A program made the translations under genes and the position numbers. This document shows positions 30,200 to 39,230 of a stretch of DNA of 64,000 bases, one piece after another. Position 1 is the stretch's first letter, and each line of letters begins with the position of its first letter. Under the pieces are notes generated by a model. The model saw only the letters and a list, made by a program, of their open reading frames with translations, was not told where the DNA came from and made no database searches. Origin of the DNA: an uncultured delta proteobacterium (GTDB lineage Bacteria; Desulfobacterota; Syntrophia; Syntrophales; Smithellaceae); assembly GCA_963845095.1 (NCBI GenBank), contig CAWJQM010000019.1, positions 53,316-117,315 of the forward strand. The letters are read 5' to 3'.

Positions 30200-31801
30200 T
30201 CAAAGCTTTTGCGTTGATCCTTTCTTCTTGCCGATATCTTTGCTGAGCTTATATTGAATACTGTCAGCAAGGGCCTGCCAGCTTGCTTCCAGGATGTTTT
30301 CCGAAACGCCGATTGTGCTCCATATTTCTTCGCCGTCAGTGGAGTCCAGAAGAACGCGGACTCCGGCGGCTGTTCCTTCCGAACCTTCCAGCGTTCGCAC
30401 TTTAAAATCAATCAGGTGCATTTCCTTGATTTGAGGGTAGAATTTTATCAGCGCCTTGCGCAAAGCGTGATCCAGCGCATTTACCGGGCCGTTTCCTTCC
30501 GCCGCTGTCAATTCGTCTTCACCGTCTACGGATATTTTAATTGTTGCCTGGGAAAGACAGGGGTTGTTTCCCGTACGCGAAGTAACCACACTGAAACATT
30601 CCAATGTAAAAGGATCAATAAATTCGCCTATTGCCTTCTTGATCAATAAAGAAAGAGAGCCGTCGGCAGCGTCAAACTGAAAGCCGCGATCCTCCATCCG
30701 CTTAACTTCACGCACGATTTTTTTACTCAAAGAAGCGTTCTTTTCCAGGTCAATGCCCAGCTCCTTGGCTTTATATTCAACATTGCTTTTGCCTGACAGA
30801 TCGGAAACAAGGACACGACGGTGATTACCGACAAGTGCAGGTTCGATGTGCTCATAAGCTGCGGGATTTTTTGTTACGGCGCTGACATGGACGCCTCCTT
30901 TGTGAGCGAATGCGCTGCGTCCGACAAAAGGACGCGAGTTCAGGGGCGGAACATTTGCTGTGTCACTGATAAAGTGGGACAGGTTAGTCAGTTGATGGAT
31001 TGATTCCGGAGGCAGGCAATTTTTTCCCATCTTGAGCTGCAGGTTGCCGATGAGCAAAATCAGGTCGGCATTGCCGCATCTTTCGCCGTAACCGTTGACG
31101 GTACCCTGAACCATTCTGACGCCTTCCTGTACAGCCGCGATGGAGTTGGCTGCGGCCAGTCCGCAGTCATTGTGCGCGTGGATTCCCGCCGTTTCTAAAG
31201 GAAGATAGGTGGAAACTTTTTTTACAATGGAGCTGACTTCATGGGGCATTGATCCGCCGTTGGTATCACAAAGCACAATCATATCGGCTCCGGCGGCGGC
31301 GGCCGTTTTGATTACTCTGACAGCATAATGAGGGTTATTCTTGTAGCCATCAAAAAAATGTTCGGCGTCAAAGAGCACTTCTTTGCCCAGATCTTTGAGA
31401 TATTTAATGGAATCGCTGATCATCCGCAGGTTTTCGTCTAATTCGATTTTGAAAATTTCGTGGACATGCAAATCCCAGGATTTGCCGAATATGGCCACGG
31501 ACTGTGTTCCTGCTTTCACGAGAGCCTTCATGTTTGCGCAGGCCGCCGGCTTGATATGCGGCTTACGGGTGCTGCTGAATGCCGTCAGCCGGGAATTCTT
31601 AAATTTGATGTCTTTTGCCATTTCAAAGAAACGCAGGTCTTTGGGATTAGAGCCCGGCCAACCTCCCTCAATGTAATGGAAATGAGCTTCATCAAGGCGC
31701 TGTGCAATACGCAGCTTTTCTTCTGCGGAAAAATTTATCTGTTCGCCCTGCGTACCGTCTCTTAAAGTTGTGTCGTAAATTAAAACTGAATTTTTTTTCA
31801 T
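30200..31801 (-). CDS. cimA: Citramalate synthase
   Basis: DTTLRDGTQ, IEGGWPGSNPKD, FGKSWDLHV, DAEHFFDG, HAHND, GYGERCGN, C-terminal regulatory domain GNGPVNALD. Confidence 0.95.
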   Translation of the reverse strand: MKKNSVLIYDTTLRDGTQGEQINFSAEEKLRIAQRLDEAHFHYIEGGWPGSNPKDLRFFEMAKDIKFKNSRLTAFSSTRKPHIKPAACANMKALVKAGTQSVAIFGKSWDLHVHEIFKIELDENLRMISDSIKYLKDLGKEVLFDAEHFFDGYKNNPHYAVRVIKTAAAAGADMIVLCDTNGGSMPHEVSSIVKKVSTYLPLETAGIHAHNDCGLAAANSIAAVQEGVRMVQGTVNGYGERCGNADLILLIGNLQLKMGKNCLPPESIHQLTNLSHFISDTANVPPLNSRPFVGRSAFAHKGGVHVSAVTKNPAAYEHIEPALVGNHRRVLVSDLSGKSNVEYKAKELGIDLEKNASLSKKIVREVKRMEDRGFQFDAADGSLSLLIKKAIGEFIDPFTLECFSVVTSRTGNNPCLSQATIKISVDGEDELTAAEGNGPVNALDHALRKALIKFYPQIKEMHLIDFKVRTLEGSEGTAAGVRVLLDSTDGEEIWSTIGVSENILEASWQALADSIQYKLSKDIGKKKGSTQKL

Positions 31802-31953
31802 CGTCATCCTCGCTTTCCTGACCGCCGCTTGCGCGGCATATTTCCGCCGTAAGTCTTGCTTACGGAATAATTTGTTTGACCAATTTCAGCTTGTGACCTC
31901 GCGTGACCTTTAGGTTATTAGGTTATGCGTTAGGCTTTTGAAATTGGAGTTAA

Positions 31954-31992
31954 ATAAAAAAACCGCTGCCGGGATTTCCTGGCAGCGGTTTT
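31954..31992 (-). terminator. Attenuator terminator of cimA
   Basis: Minus strand AAAACCGCTGCCAGG-AAAT-CCCGGCAGCGGTTTTTTT. Confidence 0.9.
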
Positions 31993-32017
31993 AAATATCT
32001 TTTGATGTTCATTGTGG

Positions 32018-32098
32018 CTATTCCACGACCAGGCCTCCTATGGGGACGCTAATTATAATGTTGCTAATTATAATGGGTCTGATGGCAATCGTTTTCAT
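32018..32098 (-). CDS. Ile-rich leader peptide of cimA (MKTIAIRPIIISNIIISVPIGGLVVE)
   Basis: 26 codons, 9 Ile (3 ATA), located between a sigma70 promoter and the terminator. Confidence 0.88.
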   Translation of the reverse strand: MKTIAIRPIIISNIIISVPIGGLVVE

Positions 32099-32126
32099 AG
32101 CACCAATTAATATCACATTTTTTTGC

Positions 32127-32155
32127 ATCCTAATTTTTCCCGGTTTGTTTGTCAA
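32127..32155 (-). promoter_or_regulatory. Sigma70 promoter of the leader-cimA transcript
   Basis: TTGACA-17 nt-TAGGAT. Confidence 0.7.
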
Positions 32156-32411
32156 TAGAAATCTATTATCTATCATTTATTCTGCAATGCCCAGGAGCGT
32201 TAAATGTAATATAAATAATCCGGTTGCCGGTATTGCCCTTTTTCAACTCTTCCTTGGATAACTTCTTCTTAATCCAGATCGAATGATTTCAACTCCGTCC
32301 ACATTTTAGTTTAGCATTTTGACAAATAGAACAATATTGTATCATTATTATTAGTCCAGTTATTGGATATAATCTTCGTGTTTTCATATACTTAAATGTC
32401 ATTTCTCTTTA

Positions 32412-32427
32412 TGGCATCATCCTTGCT
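32412..32427 (+). promoter_or_regulatory. Sigma54 (-24/-12) promoter of amtB-glnK
   Basis: TGGCATCATCCTTGCT, exact GG-N10-GC spacing; palindrome ACAATATTGT at 32331-32340. Confidence 0.85.
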
Positions 32428-32471
32428 CTAATAAAGGGCGAAAGTAAATATTTTGCAAAGGAGGCAATTAT

Positions 32472-33704
32472 ATGAATTCCGGAGATACAGCGTGGGTTTT
32501 GATGTCCACAGCATTGGTGTTGTTAATGACGATTCCGGGTCTGGCATTCTTTTACGGGGGGCTGGTGCGCCGGAAAAATGTTTTATCTATTTTAATGCAG
32601 TGCCTGATTATCTTGTGTGTAATCAGTCTGCAATGGGTGCTGTTTGGCTATTCGCTGGCTTTCGGCCCCGATTTTCACGGGATTATCGGCAAACTGGATT
32701 TTGCCGGCCTGCGCGGCGTCGGCTCTTTGCCGAACGCCGATTATGCCGCAACCATTCCGCACAGCGCCTTTATGATTTTCCAGGCCATGTTTGCTGTCAT
32801 TACACCGGCCCTGATCATTGGTGCCTACGCCGAAAGAGTCAAGTTTTCCGCTTTTCTGGTCTTTACTGTTCTGTGGGCCACCTTTGTTTATGATCCGCTG
32901 GCGCATTGGGTCTGGGGAACCGGGGGCTGGTTAAAATCCATGGGAGCTCTTGATTTTGCCGGAGGGATTGTTGTTCACGTCAGTTCCGGTATCTCGGCAC
33001 TGGTCTTGGCGCTTCTGCTGGGCAAAAGGATCGGTTATAATCACCGGCCCATCCGCCCGCACAATTTGCCCTTTACGGTTCTGGGAGCAGCTCTTTTGTG
33101 GTTTGGCTGGTTCGGTTTCAATGCCGGCAGCGCACTCGCCGCCGATGGCCTGGCCGTAAACGCATTCATCACTACCAACACGGCAACTGCCGCTGCCGGT
33201 TTGACCTGGGCGCTGATTGAATGGTGGCATAACGGCACACCGACAATCCTGGGTGCGGCGACCGGAGCTGTGGCGGGACTGGTGGCCGTTACCCCGGCCT
33301 GCGGTTTCGTCAATCCCATGAATGCCATTTTTATCGGCATGATTGCCGCCGGTATCTGCTATATGGCCATTGCCGTAGTCAAGGCAAAACTCGGCTATGA
33401 TGATTCCCTGGATGCTTTCGGCGTCCATGGTGTCGGCGGAATCTGGGGCACAATCGCCACCGGTCTTTTTGCGGAAAAGGCTGTCAATGCCGCCGGCAAC
33501 AATGGTTTCTTTTTCGGCAACGCTCATCAATTGCTGGTTCAGGCAGGACTCGTAGTTGTCACAATTGCTTTTGCGGCCATTATGACCTTGATCATCTACA
33601 AAATTGTGGATGCCTTAATCGGCATGAGAGTCGAAGAAAAGAGCGAAATAGTGGGGCTGGACTTAACCCAGCAGAGCGAAGCTGCATATACCGTCATTGA
33701 ATAG
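32472..33704 (+). CDS. amtB: Ammonium transporter
   Basis: FYGGLVR.KN, FQAMFA, DFAGGIVVH, WFGWFGFNAGS, DDSLDAFGVHG (twin His present). Confidence 0.97.
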   Translation: MNSGDTAWVLMSTALVLLMTIPGLAFFYGGLVRRKNVLSILMQCLIILCVISLQWVLFGYSLAFGPDFHGIIGKLDFAGLRGVGSLPNADYAATIPHSAFMIFQAMFAVITPALIIGAYAERVKFSAFLVFTVLWATFVYDPLAHWVWGTGGWLKSMGALDFAGGIVVHVSSGISALVLALLLGKRIGYNHRPIRPHNLPFTVLGAALLWFGWFGFNAGSALAADGLAVNAFITTNTATAAAGLTWALIEWWHNGTPTILGAATGAVAGLVAVTPACGFVNPMNAIFIGMIAAGICYMAIAVVKAKLGYDDSLDAFGVHGVGGIWGTIATGLFAEKAVNAAGNNGFFFGNAHQLLVQAGLVVVTIAFAAIMTLIIYKIVDALIGMRVEEKSEIVGLDLTQQSEAAYTVIE

Positions 33705-33716
33705 GAGGATATAACC

Positions 33717-34058
33717 ATGAAACTGATCGTCGCTATTATACAGCCGCATAAACTTGATGCCGTCAAGAAGGCCCTGGAAGCAGTTGATGTTCACCTGATG
33801 ACTGTAACGGAAGTTCTGGGCCAGGGAAGGCAAAAAGGTTTTACCGAGGTTTACCGCGGCGCCAAAGAGGCCGGAGGCCTGCTCAAAAAAGTCCGGCTGG
33901 ATATTGCCGTAAATGATAATTTTGCGGAACCGGCGATAAACGCCATAACTGCGAGCGCCCATACCGGAGAAGTGGGTGACGGCAAGATATTTGTTCTTGA
34001 TCTGGCCGAATGCATTCGCATCAGCACCGGCGAAAGCGGTGGTAAGGCAATCGGATGA
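33717..34058 (+). CDS. glnK: PII nitrogen regulator
   Basis: GRQKG..EVYRG, TGEVGDGKIFV, IRI.TGE; linked to amtB. Confidence 0.93.
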   Translation: MKLIVAIIQPHKLDAVKKALEAVDVHLMTVTEVLGQGRQKGFTEVYRGAKEAGGLLKKVRLDIAVNDNFAEPAINAITASAHTGEVGDGKIFVLDLAECIRISTGESGGKAIG

Positions 34059-34067
34059 GGTTATTTT

Positions 34068-34265
34068 ATGGATAATCATAAATATCATGCTGAAGAAAAT
34101 GTATTGGAGCGTTGTGTGTCCGACTGTGAAAAAACAGTCATCATTCATGCTCTGACGAGAACTAAGGGTAATCAATCAGCCGCTGCTACCCTTTTAGGCA
34201 TAACCAAACGTGTTCTTGCCTTCAAGGTTCATAAATACGGGATTGACTGTCAACAGTATAAATAA
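34068..34265 (+). CDS. Stand-alone Fis-type (HTH_8) DNA-binding protein
   Basis: EKTVIIHALTRTKGNQSAAATLLGITKRVLAFKVHKYGI; own RBS GAGG. Confidence 0.82.
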   Translation: MDNHKYHAEENVLERCVSDCEKTVIIHALTRTKGNQSAAATLLGITKRVLAFKVHKYGIDCQQYK

Positions 34266-34292
34266 AAACAATATAAAGGAGAATTAAATACT

Positions 34293-35162
34293 ATGAAAAA
34301 CAAGATGAAGAAAATAATTGCCGCGGGTTTGCTTTCGCTGATAATTGCCTCGTTACCGGTAACTTCCTGGGCAGAAGAACAGAAACCAGTCGAGCAGAAA
34401 CAAGAAGATAAGGTGACGGGAGGAGTAGATTTGAGTATACTGAGCGCTTATATCTGGCGCGGGCAGGAGCTTACCCGGAATAGTGTTGTTGTCCAGCCTT
34501 CGGCCACGATAAGCTATAAGGGATTTACCTTCAATGCCTGGGGTAATCTGGATACCAAACCTTATTCCGCTGCCGGGGCAAACTATGGCGGCAAATATAC
34601 GGAGACTGATCTTACTGTGTCTTATTCTAAAGCATTGGGCATAGTTCAGGTTGGTGGTGGTTATATTTATTATGCCTTAGGCGCTCCTTATTCCGGAGCG
34701 GCAGCCCCGCTTGATTCTCAGGAAATCTTTGTAACAGTCGGATTGAATACTCTTTTGTCGCCGACTCTGACAGCCTATAAAGAAATTGATCATTATCATC
34801 AGTGGTATTTTTTGCTGGGAGTTTCCCATACCTTTGCTTTACATGAAAAGGTTGGGTTGAAGATTGCGGCCACGGCCAGTTATTTGGCATCTGGTGACGA
34901 AAATACTTATGCCAGGTATGACAGCAGTGCAGTGGCCACGACGGATAAATACAACAATTTCCATGACGGAACCTTTTCCGTTTCCATCCCCGTTGCAGTC
35001 ACTAAGTCCTTGACTGTTACGCCGACGGCATCTTATGTCTTCCCGCTTTGTGATGATGCCAAATATGAAATGAAAGGACGCGGTCTGCAGGGTGCCGTCA
35101 CTCCGGCTGACAGAAGCAGTTCATTCTTTTATGGTGGAGTAACTCTCAGCTTTGCCTTCTAA
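34293..35162 (+). CDS. Putative outer-membrane beta-barrel porin (TorF-like)
   Basis: Signal peptide, SAYIWRG, ETDL, C-terminal VTLSFAF. Confidence 0.75.
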   Translation: MKNKMKKIIAAGLLSLIIASLPVTSWAEEQKPVEQKQEDKVTGGVDLSILSAYIWRGQELTRNSVVVQPSATISYKGFTFNAWGNLDTKPYSAAGANYGGKYTETDLTVSYSKALGIVQVGGGYIYYALGAPYSGAAAPLDSQEIFVTVGLNTLLSPTLTAYKEIDHYHQWYFLLGVSHTFALHEKVGLKIAATASYLASGDENTYARYDSSAVATTDKYNNFHDGTFSVSIPVAVTKSLTVTPTASYVFPLCDDAKYEMKGRGLQGAVTPADRSSSFFYGGVTLSFAF

Positions 35163-35183
35163 GAAGGGTTCCCTCCTTTCTAT

Positions 35184-35224
35184 AGCCGCTGCAAGCAATT
35201 TTACACTGGTTGTTTGCAGCGGCT
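35184..35224 (+). terminator. Terminator-like hairpin after the amtB operon
   Basis: AGCCGCTGCAAGCAA..TTGTTTGCAGCGGCT then TATTT. Confidence 0.7.
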
Positions 35225-35395
35225 TATTTGCCCGCAATGCCGCCCGAAGTATTTCGTTTGCAGAATCATCTAAAATTAGAAGTACCTTGGAAAATTCGGA
35301 CTTCAGTGATAGATATAAAGAAAGAAAAATAGCAATGGTCAGCCTAAGACTGCTCCTTGCAGCCCTTTAGTCTTTTATCGAAGGGAAATTGGAAA

Positions 35396-37356
35396 ATGGA
35401 AGGTTTCTTTTTCTTTAAAAAATTATTGATAATCCTTGGTTTTTCCATTCCTGTTATTTACATTTTCAATAAGATTAAAGTGCCATCCATCATCGGCTTC
35501 CTGATTACCGGTATAATCATCGGGCCGTTTGGCCTGAGGCTGATTGATGATACCGCCGGCATTCAGTTTATGGCCGAAATCGGCGTGGCCTTCCTGCTTT
35601 TTACCATCGGTATTGAAATTCAGTTGTCCCGCTTTTTAAAGAATTTGTCGGAGATCATTTTAACCGGCGGTTTACAGATCCTCTGCACATTCCTTGTAGG
35701 CGTCGCAGTCGGTCTCGCGATGCAACTGAGCGTCGGCCAGTCTATCTTTATCGGCTTTATTCTTACTCACAGCTCCTCGGCTTTGATCTTGAAAATACTG
35801 AAAGACCGCAGCGACGAAAGTTCGCCGCAGGGTAAAATTTCCATCGGCGTCATATTATTCCAGGATATGATGGTCGTGCCGATGATGCTCTTGATCCCCT
35901 TTCTTGCCGGTGGCAGCGGGCCGGATATCCTGATGATTATCTGGAAACTGATCAAATCCATTTTGATTATTGTCGTTCTTCTGGCCGTTGCCCGCTATTT
36001 AATCCCGCTTGTACTGGAGAACCTGGTCACCATGAACATGCGCGACGTGCTGGTGATCACCTCCGTGGTTATAGCAATGGGAATTGCCTGGATCACGGAA
36101 TCCCTGGGCTTGTCGCTGGCCATCGGCGCGTTTCTGGCGGGACTGGCTTTGTCCGACACGGATTTTTCGCATCAGATCATCAGCGACATTAATCCGTTTC
36201 GGGATGTATTCTTGTCGGTGTTTTTCGTGTCTCTCGGCATGATTTTCAATCTTGATTTTCTCCGTGAGAACACAGGCTATATTCTTCTGGCGTCGCGTGA
36301 TTATTATTGGAATCAAGGCCGTCATAGTTTTCAGCCTGGTTTCGCTGCTGAAATACCCCCTGCGTATCGCGCTGCTCTCCGGCGTCATGCTGGCGCAGAT
36401 CGGGGAATTTTCCTTCGTTTTAGCTTCCCAGGGGCTGCACGAAAAGATCATTTCCGGTTTTATCTATCAGGGATTTATCGGGGCATCCGTCTTGACTTTT
36501 ATAGCGACGCCGCTGCTTGTCTCTCTTACATATTATTTGCTGGCCAGGAAAAATATCTTCGAAGACATTCCTGATGAAAAAATCAATAAATTGCCGGTAG
36601 ATAATCATGTTATTGTCTGCGGCATGGGGCTCAACGGAAGAAATCTGGTTAAAGTATTGAAGAATACCGGCATAAATTACGTTATCATTGATCTGAACTA
36701 CAATAAAATCAAACAGTCAAAAGCTAAAGGTGACAAAAATGTAATCTGGGGAGACGCCTCGAACATCGAAATTTTGAAGCGGGCCGGAATTGATTCCGCC
36801 CGTGTGCTGGTTCTGGCCATTTCTGATCGTTTTTTAACCAAGCAATGTCTGAATATTGCCAAAAAAATCAATCCGAATTTGCATACAATTGTGAGAACCA
36901 AATATGTTGCCGACATTGACGATCTGGTCAGAACTGGGCGCCGATAATATAATCCCGGAAGAATATGAGACTTCGATTCAGATATTCAGCAGGGTGCTGC
37001 GGATGTTTCATGTCCCCAACAGTATCATTTTAGCTCAAGGCAATATAATTCGTAATAAGTCTTACGGAGTATTCCGGGAAGTTCGATTTACCGAGGAAGC
37101 TTTTGAGCAGATCAATCAAATTCTGGCCCAGGGAACAATTGAAACTTATTATGTTGCTTCCGGCCATAAAATTATCGGTAAAAGCCTCAGGGATTTAAAT
37201 CTTAAAGCCCTATCAGGTGCGACCATCATCAATATCATCAGGAATAATGAGACGATTACCCATCCACCCGGCGAGTTTGTTCTTCAGGCGGCAGATCAGC
37301 TGATCATTTTCGGCAGCCATCGAGCCATTGATCTGGCCCTGGAAATACTTAAATGA
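35396..37356 (+). CDS. CPA2 (Kef-like) cation:proton antiporter with TrkA-N/TrkA-C domains, two frameshifts
   Basis: AEIGVAFLLF.IG.E, GVILFQD, GAFLAG, LAQIGEFSFVL, CGMG.NG, GDA, C-terminal RCK_C. Confidence 0.9.
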
Positions 37357-37393
37357 GAAAGATCATGATTAGGAATAAAACGGGCAAATTATC

Positions 37394-38386
37394 TTAGGCA
37401 AGCCTGATCTTTCCCAGATCCGGGAAAGTAATTCGCTCAGCGTCCAGATAAAAACCGACAGCGGTGATACCTAATCTTTGCAGAATCTCGACATAGGCAG
37501 CCATTTTTGCGTCCGGCAGGATTAAAATAGGCAGCAGATCGCCTTTATTCCCTGCTGTCTGCACAAGTAATTTTGCCGCCGCGGCCAAAACGTTTTTTTC
37601 CTGCGCGTCGGTTAGAACTTCAAAAACATGAGTTTTTTTGTTTTTCAGCGGATCTACCAGGAAAAGTTCCTGGCTGCTGTCATTGCCCGTTTGTAATTTC
37701 CCGTGCTGGAGATGGGCGGCTAAATTGCTGACAACCAGATCATGATCGCAGCAGGCGTCAATTTCAGGCTCCTCTGATGAAGGAAGACTGCCGACTAAAT
37801 CTTCGCGGAATGTCACTTCGGGGAAATCAATTTCCAGCTGCGGGGAATGAAAGGCAGCTGATTTCATCATTTCTATCTTTTTCACAAATAAGGCGGTTTG
37901 CATTGCCAGGCGCGGTGAATTCAGTACGCCAATCACTGCCACCTGGGTGATGAAGTCTCCATCTTCCATTAAAGACCAGACGCCGCGGTAATTATTCTCA
38001 AAAAGTGATTTGCCGACGCCTTTTTTACCGCCACCGATTTTGCCGCGGTGAATTACATAGATGTTCCCCCGGGCATCGCGGGCAAAGGCACCGCCGGTTT
38101 TCCGATCGATGCCGGCAAAAGGAAAATTTATTTCGGTAATAATGGATACAAGGCGATCCGGGCGTGGCCTTTCCACACCAAAGGCATTCCAGTAGCGGAC
38201 TTTGTCAACAGCGTGGGGAAACAGCCAGATTCCCAGCTTTTTTGACCATAATACTTTTGCCGGGGAACTTGCTCCCTGATGCCCCAGTTTTACTTTTACC
38301 CGGTCATCAATAAATGGCTTGAATTTTCTGACAAATTGACGTGCGTATTTTTTAATAGTCAGTTGGTCGTCGATAACTTTCAGCAT
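37394..38386 (-). CDS. Hypothetical protein with a possibly degenerate C-terminal PD-(D/E)xK-like domain
   Basis: Intact 330-aa ORF; YWNAFG, EINFP, HRGKIGGGKKG; C-terminal H..VV..L...ELFL...FEVLT. Confidence 0.6.
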   Translation of the reverse strand: MLKVIDDQLTIKKYARQFVRKFKPFIDDRVKVKLGHQGASSPAKVLWSKKLGIWLFPHAVDKVRYWNAFGVERPRPDRLVSIITEINFPFAGIDRKTGGAFARDARGNIYVIHRGKIGGGKKGVGKSLFENNYRGVWSLMEDGDFITQVAVIGVLNSPRLAMQTALFVKKIEMMKSAAFHSPQLEIDFPEVTFREDLVGSLPSSEEPEIDACCDHDLVVSNLAAHLQHGKLQTGNDSSQELFLVDPLKNKKTHVFEVLTDAQEKNVLAAAAKLLVQTAGNKGDLLPILILPDAKMAAYVEILQRLGITAVGFYLDAERITFPDLGKIRLA

Positions 38387-38434
38387 CCGTAACCGGCCCT
38401 CGGGAATTTTATGGCATTGATAATATACCAGAAG

Positions 38435-38466
38435 TAACGACTAATCCAGACGTTTTTTAAACAGGC
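38435..38466. repeat. 32-bp direct repeat, distal copy of the ABC permease 3' end
   Basis: TAACGACTAATCCAGACGTTTTTTAAACAGGC, identical to 40519-40550. Confidence 0.95.
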
Positions 38467-38558
38467 CTGCAAGTCACAACAAGTATGTTCTAATATTTAT
38501 TTCCATACTCAGTCCTCAGTCCTTTGGTCTCAGTCCTTGTCTTTAAGCAATCCCTTCG

Positions 38559-38645
38559 TAAGATTCGCTCCGGTTGTTGTTCTTTGATACTCTTTACCAG
38601 CGGTTCGGGCGAACCACCAAGCGACATAATCATTAATTTTGACAT
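38559..38645 (-). pseudogene. 5' fragment of a TIGR02710-like CRISPR-associated CARF gene
   Basis: MSKLMIMSLGGSPEPLVKSIKEQQPERIL matches the CARF first strand and GxSPEP motif, then similarity ends. Confidence 0.65.
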
Positions 38646-38669
38646 AAATGCGTATGCCTTTTGTTATTT

Positions 38670-39230
38670 TTATTCAATCAAGGCATCCAGGCGCTTTCTT
38701 ACGGCGGCGGGAAAAGACTCGGAAAGCGACATCAATCGATCTTTATCAATGTTGTCGAGTTCCAACTCATCGGCAAATGGAATGCGCTTGCGTAGGTAAA
38801 TGTTATCGAGGAGCGCCTTTTCCGGCAGTGCCAGATTGAAGCCATCTTGGGTTGCAAAACCATTGAAGAGGCGGGGCGTGATGCGGGAGAATTCAATCGT
38901 AATGCCGCCGAATTGGATATTTCGGGAAACGCCGACGGCGGTATCCAGAGTCAAGACGGTGCATACAACAGGCGATTGAATGATCAGGCCGTGACGATTA
39001 AGCGCCCATTCGCAGGAAATATAGGAAGGCGTCCGCAGAAAGCACGCAACCTCTTCCACACGGGGCTCACCTTCACGCAGTCTGTTAACATAGACGCCGC
39101 GCGTTACCCGTTCAACAAATCCTTTCGCCTGCGCGCGTGTTAGGAAGACATTGGCGTTGCCGGTGAATTTCTCCACATCCGCATAATGAAAAAGGTGCGG
39201 CAATTGTCTGAGGATATTGACGGACGTCAT
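38670..39230 (-). CDS. AbiEi-type type IV antitoxin
   Basis: RVTRGVY, PSYISCEWAL..HGLI.Q, ALPEKALLD..Y. Confidence 0.88.
   Translation of the reverse strand: MTSVNILRQLPHLFHYADVEKFTGNANVFLTRAQAKGFVERVTRGVYVNRLREGEPRVEEVACFLRTPSYISCEWALNRHGLIIQSPVVCTVLTLDTAVGVSRNIQFGGITIEFSRITPRLFNGFATQDGFNLALPEKALLDNIYLRKRIPFADELELDNIDKDRLMSLSESFPAAVRKRLDALIE

Noticed and set aside
32040-32261. Hydrophobic 73-aa ORF on the + strand
   Set aside because: Antisense to the Ile leader and cimA promoter; its hydrophobicity follows from AT-rich sequence
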